A DNA stretch of 64,000 bases from the NCBI GenBank assembly GCA_965218865.1, contig CBDCME010000073.1:289158-353157 (forward strand). Reading direction: 5' to 3'. Every line of letters starts with the position of its first letter. The stretch's first letter is position 1. The translations under genes and the position numbers were made by a program. Source of the DNA: Alphaproteobacteria bacterium. GTDB lineage: Bacteria; Pseudomonadota; Alphaproteobacteria; JAAXGF01. Positions 31,938 through 41,871 of the stretch are shown piece after piece. The notes beneath the pieces are model-generated. The model ran no database searches and had not been told where the DNA came from. It was given only the letters and a program-made list of their open reading frames with translations.

Positions 31938-33284
31938 ATGGGTCGTAAACTGTTTGGCACCGACGGCATTCGCGGCACCGCGAACCGCGCGCCCATGACC
32001 GCCGAAATCGCCCTAAGGGTCGGAATGGCGGCGGGCCTTCATTTTACCCGCGGCGACCACCGTCACCGCGCCGTGATCGGCAAGGATACGCGGCTTTCGG
32101 GGTACCTGCTCGAACCGGCGTTGGCTTCTGGATTCATCTCGGGCGGCATGGACGTCGTCCTCGTGGGTCCGATGCCCACACCGGCGGTGGCAATGCTGAC
32201 CCGTAGTTTGCGGGCCGACATCGGGGTCATGATCTCGGCTTCCCACAACCCGTACCAGGACAATGGGATCAAGCTTTTCGGCCCGGATGGCTTCAAGCTC
32301 TCCGACGAGGTGGAGCTCGATATCGAGTCGCGCATGGACTCCGACATGACCGACGACCTTGTCGATCCCCAAAGCCTTGGCCGCGCCAAACGGCTCGACG
32401 ACGCCGAGGGACGTTATATCGAGTTCGCCAAGAACACCTTCCCCAAGAAGCTGGGACTGGAAGGACGGAAAATCGTCATCGATTGCGCCAACGGCGCCGC
32501 CTACAAGGTCGCGCCCACGGTTCTCTGGGAACTCGGCGCCGAGGTCGTCCCGATCGGCGTTCTCCCCGACGGATTCAATATCAACCGTGACTGCGGATCG
32601 ACCGCGATCGGAGCCATGTGCGAGACCGTCAAACGCGAGAACGCCGACCTGGGAATCGCCTTGGACGGCGATGCCGATCGCCTCATCGTGGCCGATGAAC
32701 ACGGCGAGTTAATCGACGGCGATCAGCTCATGGCGCTCATCGCTTTTTATTGGCAACGGACCGGCAAACTGCACGGAGAAGGAATCGTCGGCACCGTGAT
32801 GTCGAATCTGGGTTTCGAACGCTACCTGCAAAGCGTTGGCCTGACGCTCTCGCGTACCCCCGTCGGCGACCGTTATGTGGTGGAGGAGATGCGCCGCAGC
32901 GGTTTCAACGTTGGCGGAGAACAGTCGGGCCATATCATCCTGAGCGATTTCGCGACCACCGGGGACGGTCTGATCGCCGCCCTTCAATGTTTGGCCGTTC
33001 TTGCCGAGTCCGAACTCCCCGTCAGCGCGAGCTGCCGTTTGTTCACCCCCCTGCCACAAATTCTCCGCAACGTGCGCTTCAACCGTGGTTCGCCCCTCGA
33101 ATCGAGGGTCGTGCAGGCGGCCATTACGGCCGCCGAAGACAAGTTGGGACACTCGGGCCGCATTCTGGTCCGCAAATCAGGAACGGAGCCCCTGATCCGG
33201 GTCATGGCCGAGGGCGAGGACGAAGGCCTCGTGCACGCCGTGGTCGACGACATCGTCGGCACGATCGCGGCCAACGCCGTATGA
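31938..33284 (+). CDS. glmM: phosphoglucosamine mutase
   Basis: Start [13 protein letters not shown]. Phosphoserine loop SASHNP. Confidence 0.9.
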   Translation: MGRKLFGTDGIRGTANRAPMTAEIALRVGMAAGLHFTRGDHRHRAVIGKDTRLSGYLLEPALASGFISGGMDVVLVGPMPTPAVAMLTRSLRADIGVMISASHNPYQDNGIKLFGPDGFKLSDEVELDIESRMDSDMTDDLVDPQSLGRAKRLDDAEGRYIEFAKNTFPKKLGLEGRKIVIDCANGAAYKVAPTVLWELGAEVVPIGVLPDGFNINRDCGSTAIGAMCETVKRENADLGIALDGDADRLIVADEHGELIDGDQLMALIAFYWQRTGKLHGEGIVGTVMSNLGFERYLQSVGLTLSRTPVGDRYVVEEMRRSGFNVGGEQSGHIILSDFATTGDGLIAALQCLAVLAESELPVSASCRLFTPLPQILRNVRFNRGSPLESRVVQAAITAAEDKLGHSGRILVRKSGTEPLIRVMAEGEDEGLVHAVVDDIVGTIAANAV

Positions 33285-33366
33285 CGTGAGGGGCGGCCCG
33301 CGCCGCCAAACCGTCGTGGGTGCATCAGGATCGGGGCGGCGTCAGCGAACGCAGAGAGGTATCGTC

Positions 33367-33819
33367 GTGGAGGCACGCTACTTCGAGGACTTCATCCCCG
33401 GCGAATGCTTTGAATCCGTGGGCAAAACGATTTCCGAAGCCGAAATCATCGAGTTCGCCAACCGATTTGATCCCCAACCGTTTCATATCGACGTCGAAGC
33501 CGCGAGAAAAACCCCTTACGAGGGGTTAATCGCCAGCGGGTTTCATACCATGGCGTTGGCGTTTCGATCGATTTGGGACACGGGCGCCCTCGCCCACTGT
33601 AGTTATGGTTCTCCTGGCATCGACGAGGTTCGTTGGTTGCGCCCGGTACGTCCGGGTGATTGCTTGCGTACCGTCGCGGAAGTCACCGAATTGCGTCCGT
33701 CGAGGAAAAAACCGGACCGGGGGATTTGTCGTCTCCGCTACACTATGACGAACCAACGGGACGAATCCGTGATGAAAATGGCGACAGTCGTTATCCTGGC
33801 CCGTCGGCCGAGGAAATAA
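33367..33819 (+). CDS. MaoC-like (R)-specific enoyl-CoA hydratase/dehydratase
   Basis: GTG start 7 nt after an AGAGAGG Shine-Dalgarno. Hot-dog fold motifs (FEDFIPGE, FHID). Confidence 0.7.
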   Translation: MEARYFEDFIPGECFESVGKTISEAEIIEFANRFDPQPFHIDVEAARKTPYEGLIASGFHTMALAFRSIWDTGALAHCSYGSPGIDEVRWLRPVRPGDCLRTVAEVTELRPSRKKPDRGICRLRYTMTNQRDESVMKMATVVILARRPRK

Positions 33820-34000
33820 CCGCGATCGCCGACTGCGATTCGCGAAAACCGATCGAAAAAATCCAGTTCAGGGCCGCGCCCGCCCGCCGCCGATACGGCG
33901 CTCGACTGGAAACTGAATGACGGAAGCCCCCTCATGAACAATTCGTTCCGGGGGAAATCCGACGATGACGCTGGAAGCGGGGTTGAAACACCGGATAACG

Positions 34001-34510
34001 TCAATGCTGCCGCCGCGCCGCGCAACCAGCACCTCGGCCGGCGTTCGCCGAGATACTTCCCCCCGGTAACGGTAGCGGTGTCGTCGCCTCGCCGCCCTGG
34101 GTATTCGAGAACGCTATTCGGAAACCTTCCGGAAGGTTGACGCCCGCCGTGATCGTGACTCGGCCGCCATACGGTACGGAGGCCATGCAACCGCCGATTA
34201 GCTCTCGAATAATTTGCTCCAGCATGGGCCGGTCCGCGCGGAGGCGGGGACAATCCTCCGCAACCCGATTGACGATCGTGATATCTCGAACCTCGGCGGT
34301 TTCGCGCGACTCCGCGAGGCACAAATCGATCGTCCGCGCGACGTCGATCTCATCATCGTACAATTCCTCGACGTTTCCGACATCCTCCGCGAGGCTGGAT
34401 ATTTCATCGACAAGAATGAGAAGTTCCTGGCCTCTGTCGCGTATTTCGGCGGCACAACCCACGTAATCCAGGTGGCCCTCCCGCCCCATCGCCTGCTCGC
34501 AAAGAGCTTC
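34001..34510 (-). pseudogene. sensor kinase, C-terminal fragment (HisKA distal part plus HATPase_c), separated from its N-terminal part by IS630
   Basis: LILVDEISSLAE ... RLRADRPMLEQIIRELIGGCM (HATPase_c N-box region). The upstream part of this ORF is encoded by the IS left TIR. Confidence 0.55.
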
Positions 34511-34511
34511 C

Positions 34512-35750
34512 GCACCGCCGACGATCGCCTGCAGTCGATCACGTAATACCAATCGCCCTTAACATTGCCTTGTGCGAGCCCACGCTCTGAGGCCGATGGA
34601 CATGATCTTCCAAGGTTGGTCGGTCAGGTTGTTCCAGGCTTGGCAAGAGGCCTCGACGATGGCTTCATAGGAGTCGAAGACACGATTGGAGAGCCAGTTC
34701 TGGCGGAGGTATTGCCAGACATTTTCGGCGGGATTGAGCTCCGGGGACTTGGGTGGCAAAGGCACGAGGGAGATGTTCTCCGGGATGCCGAGTTTGGCAG
34801 TGGTGTGCCATGCGGCTTGGTCGAGCAGCACGACGGCATGGGCGTTTGGGGCAACGGCCCGGCTGATTTCCTCGAGATGCAGGTCCATGGCTTCAGTATT
34901 GGCGCGCGGCATGACCAGCGCCGCGCCCTCACCGCGCTCGGGGCAGATGGCGCCGAAGAGATACGCCGAAGAGGTCCGTAGGTCCTTGACCTGGCGCGGG
35001 CGCGATCCCTTTGGGGCCCACTGGCGCACCAGGCTGTTCTTCTGGCCGACGCGCATTTCATCTTGAAACCAAACCTCGATGGGCGTGTCCGGTGGCTGTG
35101 CCGCTACGATTTTCGCCAAGTGTTCGGGAAAACTTTTTTTTAAATTCCTCCTGTGCCCGCGCATCCTGGCCGACGTGGCGCGGGCGCGCGGAAATATGCG
35201 AGAACCCGAGCGCGGCCAGCAGCTTGCCGACGCTCCGCTCGTGATAGTCCACGCCGAAGCGCGTTCGGATCAGTTGCTTGAGATCGATGCAGCGCCAGCG
35301 CACGACCCCATCCCGTTCGGGATCGGGACAGGCCTCGATAGCCCGCGAAAGCGCCGCCATTTGCGACGGCGTCAACCGACGCAACGCCCCGTTCGGCTTG
35401 CGGTCGATCAGACCGGCCGGACCTCCCGCGTTGAACCGGTGAACCCAGTCCCGCAACGTCTGCCGATCCATGCCGCCAATACCCGCCGCGCACGCTCGAT
35501 CCATCCCATCGTAGATGGCCGCCATCGACAAAAGCCGTCGCGCCTGGTTCCCATCATCGCTCCGTGCCGCAAGAACACGGACTCTTTCAGCATCAAAGTC
35601 GTTTCGCAAAGGAATCGTTGGCATTGAACACACTCCCTTGTTGCCAACAACCTTGAATCACACAAAACCTAGCGTGTAAACCTTTGCGCGAGTCAAACTC
35701 TGGGGCGGTTGGTATAATACCCTGCCAAGCATATCGTCGGCCGTGGGCCT
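34512..35750 (-). mobile_element. IS630-family insertion sequence (~48-bp imperfect TIRs)
   Basis: 34511-34558 is an imperfect inverted repeat of 35703-35750 (CAC(C/G)GCCGACGAT ... T(A)ATACCAA(T/C)CGCCC). The transposase is split into two frames at the A8G slippery run (35137-35145). Confidence 0.7.
34559..35633 (-). CDS. IS630-family transposase (HTH N-domain plus DDE_3 domain; requires -1 programmed frameshift at AAAAAAAAG)
   Basis: N-terminal ORF 35058..35633 (HTH, MDRQTLRDWVHRFNAGG). C-terminal ORF 34559..35164 (DDE_3: LLDQAAWH ... LPPKSPELNPAENVW). The two frames overlap at the poly-A run. Confidence 0.7.
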
Positions 35751-36260
35751 GCCGACACTGGGCGTGGGATCCGGAATGTCTTGAACCATGGCGACGGCCT
35801 GATCCGACAGCCCGTCCGAGTCGCGGGATACGATCAGCTGCCCCCAAACAAGCGAGTTGTCCTTGCGCACGAATCGTTTATGGACACGAAACGAGGTCAA
35901 TTGCCCATCGCCCAATTGCGCGAAGAGACGTCGCACGCCGGCCCGATCCTCGGCGTAGGCCAAGGCAACGAATGTCATCGCGCGCAGTTCTCCCTGGTCG
36001 TAGCCCAGAAATGCCGCCAAGGATGGATTGGCGACGGAAACGCGCCCCAATTCATCGATCAACGCGATCCCGATACCCGTGCTGGAAAACACCCCTTGGA
36101 AACGGGCCTCGCTCTCGGCCAGAGCGACTTCGGTCTCTCGACACCTCGATTCGACAGCTTGCGTTTGGCCGAGCTGCCTCCGCAACCGCGCAATCGTTTT
36201 CAGTAGCTGCTCTCTCGAGTTCCGCGCCCTGAACCTGTTCGGGCGCTTCAAAGCGGGCAC
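35751..36260 (-). pseudogene. sensor kinase, N-terminal PAS-domain fragment (interrupted by IS630)
   Basis: PAS fold (FQGVFSSTGIGIALIDELGRVSVANPSLAAFLGY ... VAMVQDI). The reading frame runs into the IS right TIR after PSVG. Confidence 0.55.
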
Positions 36261-36438
36261 GATCTGGCCCCCCTGTCGGGTTATGAATCTCCCCTTGTTG
36301 GCACAAACTGGTTAATGCGAGGTTGATCGCGTTTCCCCACCGCCGCTGATCGAAGATTACGGCCTGGGATTGATTCGCCCGCTTCCCATGTTCCCGAGGC
36401 GGATCATGAAGCCGAACGGGCCAGGCCCTCAAGAGAAA

Positions 36439-36460
36439 GCGGGCGCCCTAAGGCGCCCGC
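36439..36460 (-). terminator. rho-independent terminator downstream of amtB
   Basis: Perfect 9-bp stem GCGGGCGCC/GGCGCCCGC with a 4-nt loop. On the amtB strand it is followed by TTTCTC. Confidence 0.45.
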
Positions 36461-36483
36461 AATAACACTCGGACGAGCCGTGG

Positions 36484-37788
36484 TTAAATGTCGTAACCCC
36501 GTTCGCCGTGCAAAACAATGTCGAGACCTTCGGTTTCCTCGTCGGACGTCACCCGCAGGCCGATAAACAAATCGACCAACTTCAGAATGATGAAGGTAAG
36601 GACCCCACACCAGACGTAGGTCGCGATCACACCGATGAACTGGAGGCCGATCTGCTTTCCCATTCCCGGTTCGCCCGCTTGGGCACCGTTCCATAAGAAA
36701 ACGAAGACGCCGGTGAGGATGGCGCCGACGGTTCCGCCGACACCGTGGACGGCGAAAACATCGAGAGAGTCGTCGATCTCCAGGGTGTTCTTGACGAAAT
36801 TCACGCAGAAGAAACATATGACCCCGGCAATACCGCAAAGGACCATGGCACCGACCTGGCCGACAAATCCGGACGCGGGCGTAATCGCGACCAGACCGAC
36901 AACGGCGCCGGTGATGACTCCGAGGAGGCTGGGCCTGCCGCGCTTGATCCACTCGGCGACCATCCACCCGAGAGCCGCGGACGCGGTCCCGATCTGGGTC
37001 ACCATCATGGCCATGCCCGCACCGGTATCGGCGGCGAGCTGGCTGCCGGCGTTGAAGCCGAACCAGCCGACCCACAGCATGCAAACGCCGATCATGGCCA
37101 TCGTCAGGTTATGCGGCGCCATGGGAGCCTCCGGGAATCCCTTGCGCTTACCCATGACCAAGGCGCAAACCAACGCCGCGACGCCCGAATTGATGTGAAC
37201 GACGGTGCCGCCGGCGAAGTCCAGAACACCCAAATCGCTAAGCCAGCCACCACCCCACACCCAATGGCAAATGGGGGAATAAACGAAAGTTGACCAAAGA
37301 ACCATGAACCAGATCATGGCGGACAATTTCATCCGCTCGGCAAAGGCACCGATGATCAGGACCGGGGTAATGATAGCGAAGGTCAACTGGAACATCGAAA
37401 ACACGCTTTCCGGAATAGTTCCGGAAACAGCGTCGCGGGCCATATCTTTATGGAAGAATTGACTCAATCCGCCGACCCACTGATTCAACGCTCCTCCGTC
37501 GGTGAAGGCGAGGCTGTAGCCCCATCCCAACCACACGATGGTGATCACACAGGTGATCGTGAACCCCTGCATAAGGACGGAAAGGACGTTCTTGCTGCGC
37601 ACAAGGCCACCATAAAACAGACTTAGTCCTGGAATGGTCATGAACAACACAAGGGCCATGGACGTCAGCATCCAGGCCGTATCACCGGAATTAGTTGTAG
37701 GTCCCTCGTGAGCGGCTGCCATGGCCAATGACGGAAGCATTGCCACGAACAGGCTCAATAACGCAATCTTAACACTTCGGATTCTCAT
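36484..37788 (-). CDS. amtB: ammonium transporter
   Basis: Signal peptide plus 11 TM segments. Amt signature (AWMLTSMALVLFMTIPGLSLFYGG). Start at MRIRSVKIALL. Confidence 0.9.
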   Translation of the reverse strand: MRIRSVKIALLSLFVAMLPSLAMAAAHEGPTTNSGDTAWMLTSMALVLFMTIPGLSLFYGGLVRSKNVLSVLMQGFTITCVITIVWLGWGYSLAFTDGGALNQWVGGLSQFFHKDMARDAVSGTIPESVFSMFQLTFAIITPVLIIGAFAERMKLSAMIWFMVLWSTFVYSPICHWVWGGGWLSDLGVLDFAGGTVVHINSGVAALVCALVMGKRKGFPEAPMAPHNLTMAMIGVCMLWVGWFGFNAGSQLAADTGAGMAMMVTQIGTASAALGWMVAEWIKRGRPSLLGVITGAVVGLVAITPASGFVGQVGAMVLCGIAGVICFFCVNFVKNTLEIDDSLDVFAVHGVGGTVGAILTGVFVFLWNGAQAGEPGMGKQIGLQFIGVIATYVWCGVLTFIILKLVDLFIGLRVTSDEETEGLDIVLHGERGYDI

Positions 37789-38304
37789 CTGGCTTCTCCC
37801 CTGGCAAGGATCAGAAATATACGGGACGCTTTGTGCAAGTGGGGACACGGCCAACCTCGGCCAGGCGGAAGACCCAAGTTCATGCCGATTCCAAATTTCC
37901 CCGTCTGAGCGGCATTACTATGCATTTTGAAGGGTCGTTGCAATAAGGCAAATGGTCTCATACCGTCCACCTCGATTATCACTCCTCCCTGGTCTCCACA
38001 GGCACATCCCGTTACGCATCGCCCACGAAACTTCCGCGCCTCCGCCACGAGCCTTCGTGCCCCCGACGTTTTCGAAATGCGGATCGGCGATATTGCAAAG
38101 CCTACTCGCTTAGTGGCTTTGAAGAAAGTAAGAAACGAATGGTGTTCCCCAAAATCTCCCCGGACTAGACCTCGCTGTAATCTATTATCAGCACGAACAC
38201 ACGCAGGGGTCAACCTTTGTGTGCTTGCGTCGAATTGTCGATTGTTCGCTCCACCCCAACGCGGACAATACGGCAAACTTGGTAAAGCGACAAGCTTTCC
38301 GACA

Positions 38305-40385
38305 CAGGGCTAGTTTTTTGTCCGCCCAGTGATCAGGGTGAGGTGATCGCGGCGCTGGCCATTTCATTCTCGGTGTGGCAGTGTGCCGGTCATGGCGACG
38401 CTGCCGGTCTCGGATTCGTCCATTGATTTGCGCGCGGTCACGGTGCGTCCGACCTGGGGCGCGCAGGAGCACCGGCGCTGGGACCGGTTGGTGGAGCAGC
38501 ACCACTACCTGGCGTTCCACGGCGTCATCGGCAAGGGCCTGCGCCATGTCGCGGTGCATGGCGAGACCTGGCTCGCACTGATCGGCTGGCAGCCCGGCGC
38601 GTTCAAGCTGGGCGCGCGTGATCGCTGGATCGGGTGGTCGGCCGAGCAGCAGTTCCGGCGTCTGCATCTGATCGCCAACAACTCGCGCTTCGTCATTCTG
38701 ACGCCTGGCCGAGTGCCGAACCTGGCCTCCCGTGTGCTGGGGCTGAGCCTGCGGCGGCTGTCTGAGGACATCCAGGCGGTGCACGGATATCCGGCTCTTC
38801 TGGCGGAGACGTTCGTGGACGTCTCGCGATTTGCCGGCACCTGCTACCGCGCGTCGAACTGGCGCTCTCTGGGGCTGACGCGGGGCTTTGCCCGTGAGCC
38901 CGGAGGGGCAGCGCGCTGGCGCCACCACGGTCAGCCCAAGGAGGTCTTCGTGTTCGGACTGACAGACGGCGCCCCCGAGGCGCTGAGCCGTACCGGGATG
39001 CCGGCACACTGGAACGCCGAGCAGCACACCGAGCCGATGGCCGCGCCCCGGCTGCGCAGCCTGTTCGAGTGTCTGGGTGAGGTGCCCGAGTACCGCCATG
39101 CCCGGGGCAAGCGCTATGCGCTCAACACCATTCTGGTGATCGCCGTCGCCGCCCGGCTTGCCGGATACCGGGGGGTGAACGCGTTCGCCCAGTTCGCCGC
39201 CCTGCTCTCCCAGGAGCAGCTCGAGGCGGTGGGTGCGTTCTGGAGCCCTTCCAAACAGCGCTACACCCCGCCCGCGATCACCACCTTCCACAAGACCCTC
39301 ACCGCCCTGCCGCCAGAGACCCTGGACAACGCGATTAGCCAGTGGACCGGCCAGCATGGCAGCGCGCACGCGCCGGTCGCCATGGACGGAAAGGATCTGC
39401 GCGGCGCCTCGAAGCAGACCGAAGACGGGCGCAGGATGATGGTGGCGGCGGTCGAGCACGACACCGGCGTGGTCCTCGGGCAGGTCGAGGTCGACCGCAA
39501 GAGCAACGAAATCCCGGCCGTGCGCGAACTCTCCAGCGGCCTCGACCTCACAGGCCGGATCGTCACCATGGACGCGATGCACGCTCAGCACGAGACCGCG
39601 CGCTGCCTGCTCGGGCGTCGCGCCGACTACGTGATGAGCGCGGTCAAGGACAACCAGGAGATGATCTTCGAAGACCTCAAGGCGATCGACTTCAGCGATG
39701 CGCTCTGGCACGAAACCGTCGACAAGGGCCATGGCCGCATCGAGCGCCGACGCTGCGCCGTCGTCGACCTCTCCGCTGCCGAGTGGGACGGCTACGCCAA
39801 CCTCCACGGGCGACGCCAGGCCATGCGCATCGAGCGCGAACGCGAGATCCTCAAGACCGGCAAGCGCAGCATCGAGGTGACCTGGAGCCTCACCTCGCTC
39901 GGCGCAGAGCGCGCCGGACCCGAGGAGTTGCTCGAACTGGTGCGCAACCACTGGCATATCGAGAACCGCCTGCACTACGTGCGCGACTTCACCTACGACG
40001 AAGACCGATGCCGGGCCTACGTGCGTCACCTGCCCAGAAATCTCGCCTGCTTGACCAACGCGGCCATCGCCATCGTGCGCTGCGACGGACGCTTCCGTTA
40101 TCTGCCCGAGGCCAACCGGCACTATGCCGCCCGGGCGCAGGAGGCCCTCGACGCGATCATGACCGCGCCCATCGCCTGAGACAGCACGCCTCTCCCCCGG
40201 ACCGGGACGTGCCGCCGAGCGGCGCGGGCGGACCGGTGTGCCTGTCGAATCCGAAAACGCCGTCCGGTGGCTTCGAGCAGTCCCCATGACGTCGTCGAGG
40301 CAAGCTCGGGGCTCCCCGAACCCCGTGCACCGAGCACGATCCCACTCATCCCGAACCCTCAACCGCGACTAAAAATTGTTCCTGC
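38305..40385 (+). mobile_element. ISAs1-like insertion sequence, copy A (9-bp TSD TTTCCGACA)
   Basis: 2081 bp from CAGGGCTAGTTTTTTGTCC to GGAACAATTTTTAGTCGCG. TTTCCGACA is found immediately on both flanks. Confidence 0.75.
38383..40179 (+). CDS. transposase, N-terminal DUF4338 (DruA-like) domain fused to ISAs1-family DDE transposase
   Basis: 598 aa. N-terminal WIGW, NNSRFVILTP, ETFVD, YRASNW motifs. C-terminal ISAs1 hallmarks (RGKRYALNTILVIAVAA ... NHWHIENRLHYVRDFTYDED). Confidence 0.8.
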   Translation: MPVMATLPVSDSSIDLRAVTVRPTWGAQEHRRWDRLVEQHHYLAFHGVIGKGLRHVAVHGETWLALIGWQPGAFKLGARDRWIGWSAEQQFRRLHLIANNSRFVILTPGRVPNLASRVLGLSLRRLSEDIQAVHGYPALLAETFVDVSRFAGTCYRASNWRSLGLTRGFAREPGGAARWRHHGQPKEVFVFGLTDGAPEALSRTGMPAHWNAEQHTEPMAAPRLRSLFECLGEVPEYRHARGKRYALNTILVIAVAARLAGYRGVNAFAQFAALLSQEQLEAVGAFWSPSKQRYTPPAITTFHKTLTALPPETLDNAISQWTGQHGSAHAPVAMDGKDLRGASKQTEDGRRMMVAAVEHDTGVVLGQVEVDRKSNEIPAVRELSSGLDLTGRIVTMDAMHAQHETARCLLGRRADYVMSAVKDNQEMIFEDLKAIDFSDALWHETVDKGHGRIERRRCAVVDLSAAEWDGYANLHGRRQAMRIEREREILKTGKRSIEVTWSLTSLGAERAGPEELLELVRNHWHIENRLHYVRDFTYDEDRCRAYVRHLPRNLACLTNAAIAIVRCDGRFRYLPEANRHYAARAQEALDAIMTAPIA

Positions 40386-40744
40386 TTTCCGACAATCGGC
40401 TAATGGTCGGCGACACGTTCCGACGTTCGCGTTCCATCACGGCTCGGACGTTCGACGCTCACGGAAACGGCGTGGCAGAGGTCGGAATCCGCAGCCGCGA
40501 CCGGGCCGTCGCACCTGGGGCACCGGGGGGTTCGCGCCCGTCGAGGAGCCGCGGCCGAGGGCCCCGTGATACGCGGTGCCACAGGCCCCCGCGCGGACAC
40601 ACGGCCCCGAACCCCGCCCACACAGGCCAAAACCACTGCCCATTTCGGCCTAAGATGGATACCCGAACGGTTATCCTTCCATCCAACCGCCGGAATCGGT
40701 TACCCTCCGCACCAATCGGCGACGATCTGAGGTAAATCGGCTTT

Positions 40745-40882
40745 CAGTCTGTTCGAAAACTCGCGGCCCTGGCCCTCTCCCCCTCCCGGCCACCCCTATC
40801 AGCATACTCTCGTGGGTGGCCGGGAGGGGGAGAGGGCCGGAACAGACGCAAAATATGCGCGGACGCGCATTTTCGAACAGAC
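40745..40882. repeat. MITE/REP-like palindromic element, copy 2
   Basis: Same CAGTCTGTTCGAAAA terminal repeats and GGCCACCC.../...GGGTGGCC core as copy 1. Confidence 0.65.
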
Positions 40883-40911
40883 ATTTAGGGCGCGATCACA
40901 GGGATCCGATC

Positions 40912-41631
40912 ATGAAGCACCTCACCATTGCCCTTGCATGCTTTTTAGCTGCGACATCGGTCCGGGCCGAGGAATCCGTGCCGAGTGACGAGCAAGACAT
41001 CCGCAGCACTTACGGCGTCGCCCAGGAGATCGACCGCCTCGTCGTCCTCCTGGCGGACGATGTTCTCAGGGACATCGTATGCCGCGTCGCTTTTCAAACC
41101 TTCACGCCACGCACACTGGGCTCTGCTCTGCACCAACCCACGAAGGAGATCATGCGTCGAATCGAAATTTTGCGCGGGTGGGGATTGGTGCGCCTGACCA
41201 GTCGAGATGCCCTCACCAACGTCGTCGAACCCACCGCCGGCAACGGGGACGAGACGCTTCGGCGTTGGGCGGATAGGTATTGCCCTATGGGCGACAAGTG
41301 CGCGGAACCAATATCCAGCCAGGAAGCTAAGACGAGTGCGCAATCACAAAAACTCGTTAGACTCACCGCCAGCGACATCAGCATAAAACTTTCCGAAATT
41401 CCTGGATGGGAGTACAAAGATGGAGCGTTGTATCGCATGTTTACATTTGACAACTTTGTTCAGACTTTTGGATTTGTTACCAAGGTAGCCATTACCGCGG
41501 AAAAGCAAAATCATCATCCCGATATGGACACGGGATATAATAAAGTCGGAATTCACCTGTCCACACATGACGTCGACGGTATCAGCGAGCGGGACTTCAA
41601 ACTTGCTTCAGCAATTTCAGATTTGATGTAG
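40912..41631 (+). CDS. exported protein with C-terminal pterin-4a-carbinolamine dehydratase (PCD/DCoH) domain
   Basis: Signal peptide MKHLTIALACFLAATSVRA. C-terminal ~95 aa match PCD (EIPGWEYKDGALYRMFTFDNF ... QNHHPDMDTGYNKVGIHLSTHD). The 3' half is markedly AT-rich relative to the window. Confidence 0.6.
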   Translation: MKHLTIALACFLAATSVRAEESVPSDEQDIRSTYGVAQEIDRLVVLLADDVLRDIVCRVAFQTFTPRTLGSALHQPTKEIMRRIEILRGWGLVRLTSRDALTNVVEPTAGNGDETLRRWADRYCPMGDKCAEPISSQEAKTSAQSQKLVRLTASDISIKLSEIPGWEYKDGALYRMFTFDNFVQTFGFVTKVAITAEKQNHHPDMDTGYNKVGIHLSTHDVDGISERDFKLASAISDLM

Positions 41632-41633
41632 AT

Positions 41634-41765
41634 GTCTGTTCGAAAATGCGCGTCCGCGCATTTTTTGCGTCCGTTCCGGCCCCCACCCGGCCACCCACGA
41701 GAGGTTGCTGATAGGGGTGGCCGGGAGGGGGCGGGGGCCGGCGCCGCGAGTTTTCGAACAGACTG
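41634..41765. repeat. MITE/REP-like palindromic element, copy 3 (inverted relative to copy 2)
   Basis: Begins 3 bp after the PCD-gene stop codon. Confidence 0.65.
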
Positions 41766-41871
41766 TTAAGACATTTAGCAAGATGATTTGCCTGCCACGC
41801 TGAGCCTCACGAGGGCGTCGCATGATTTCTTGGCCACGAGTCTTCCCTCGTCCTCCGTCGGAAGTGCCGGC

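Noticed and set aside
34505-34552. Apparent histidine-kinase H-box-like peptide (VLRDRLQAIVGGAEAL) at the start of the C-terminal kinase ORF
   Set aside because: These codons lie inside the IS630 left terminal inverted repeat, which mirrors 35703-35750. The similarity is coincidental and no His is present.
37855-37935. Sigma-54 (-24/-12) promoter upstream of amtB
   Set aside because: A TGGCCG ... TTGCA candidate on the amtB strand has 16-nt GG-GC spacing instead of the required 12. It is not convincing.
38188-40362. 724-aa ORF on the minus strand opposite the ISAs1-like transposase (and its twin 44825..45928 on the other copy)
   Set aside because: Antisense read-through typical of high-GC DNA. 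Low-complexity R/G/A-rich translation with no domain-like motifs. The sense-strand transposase is clearly real.
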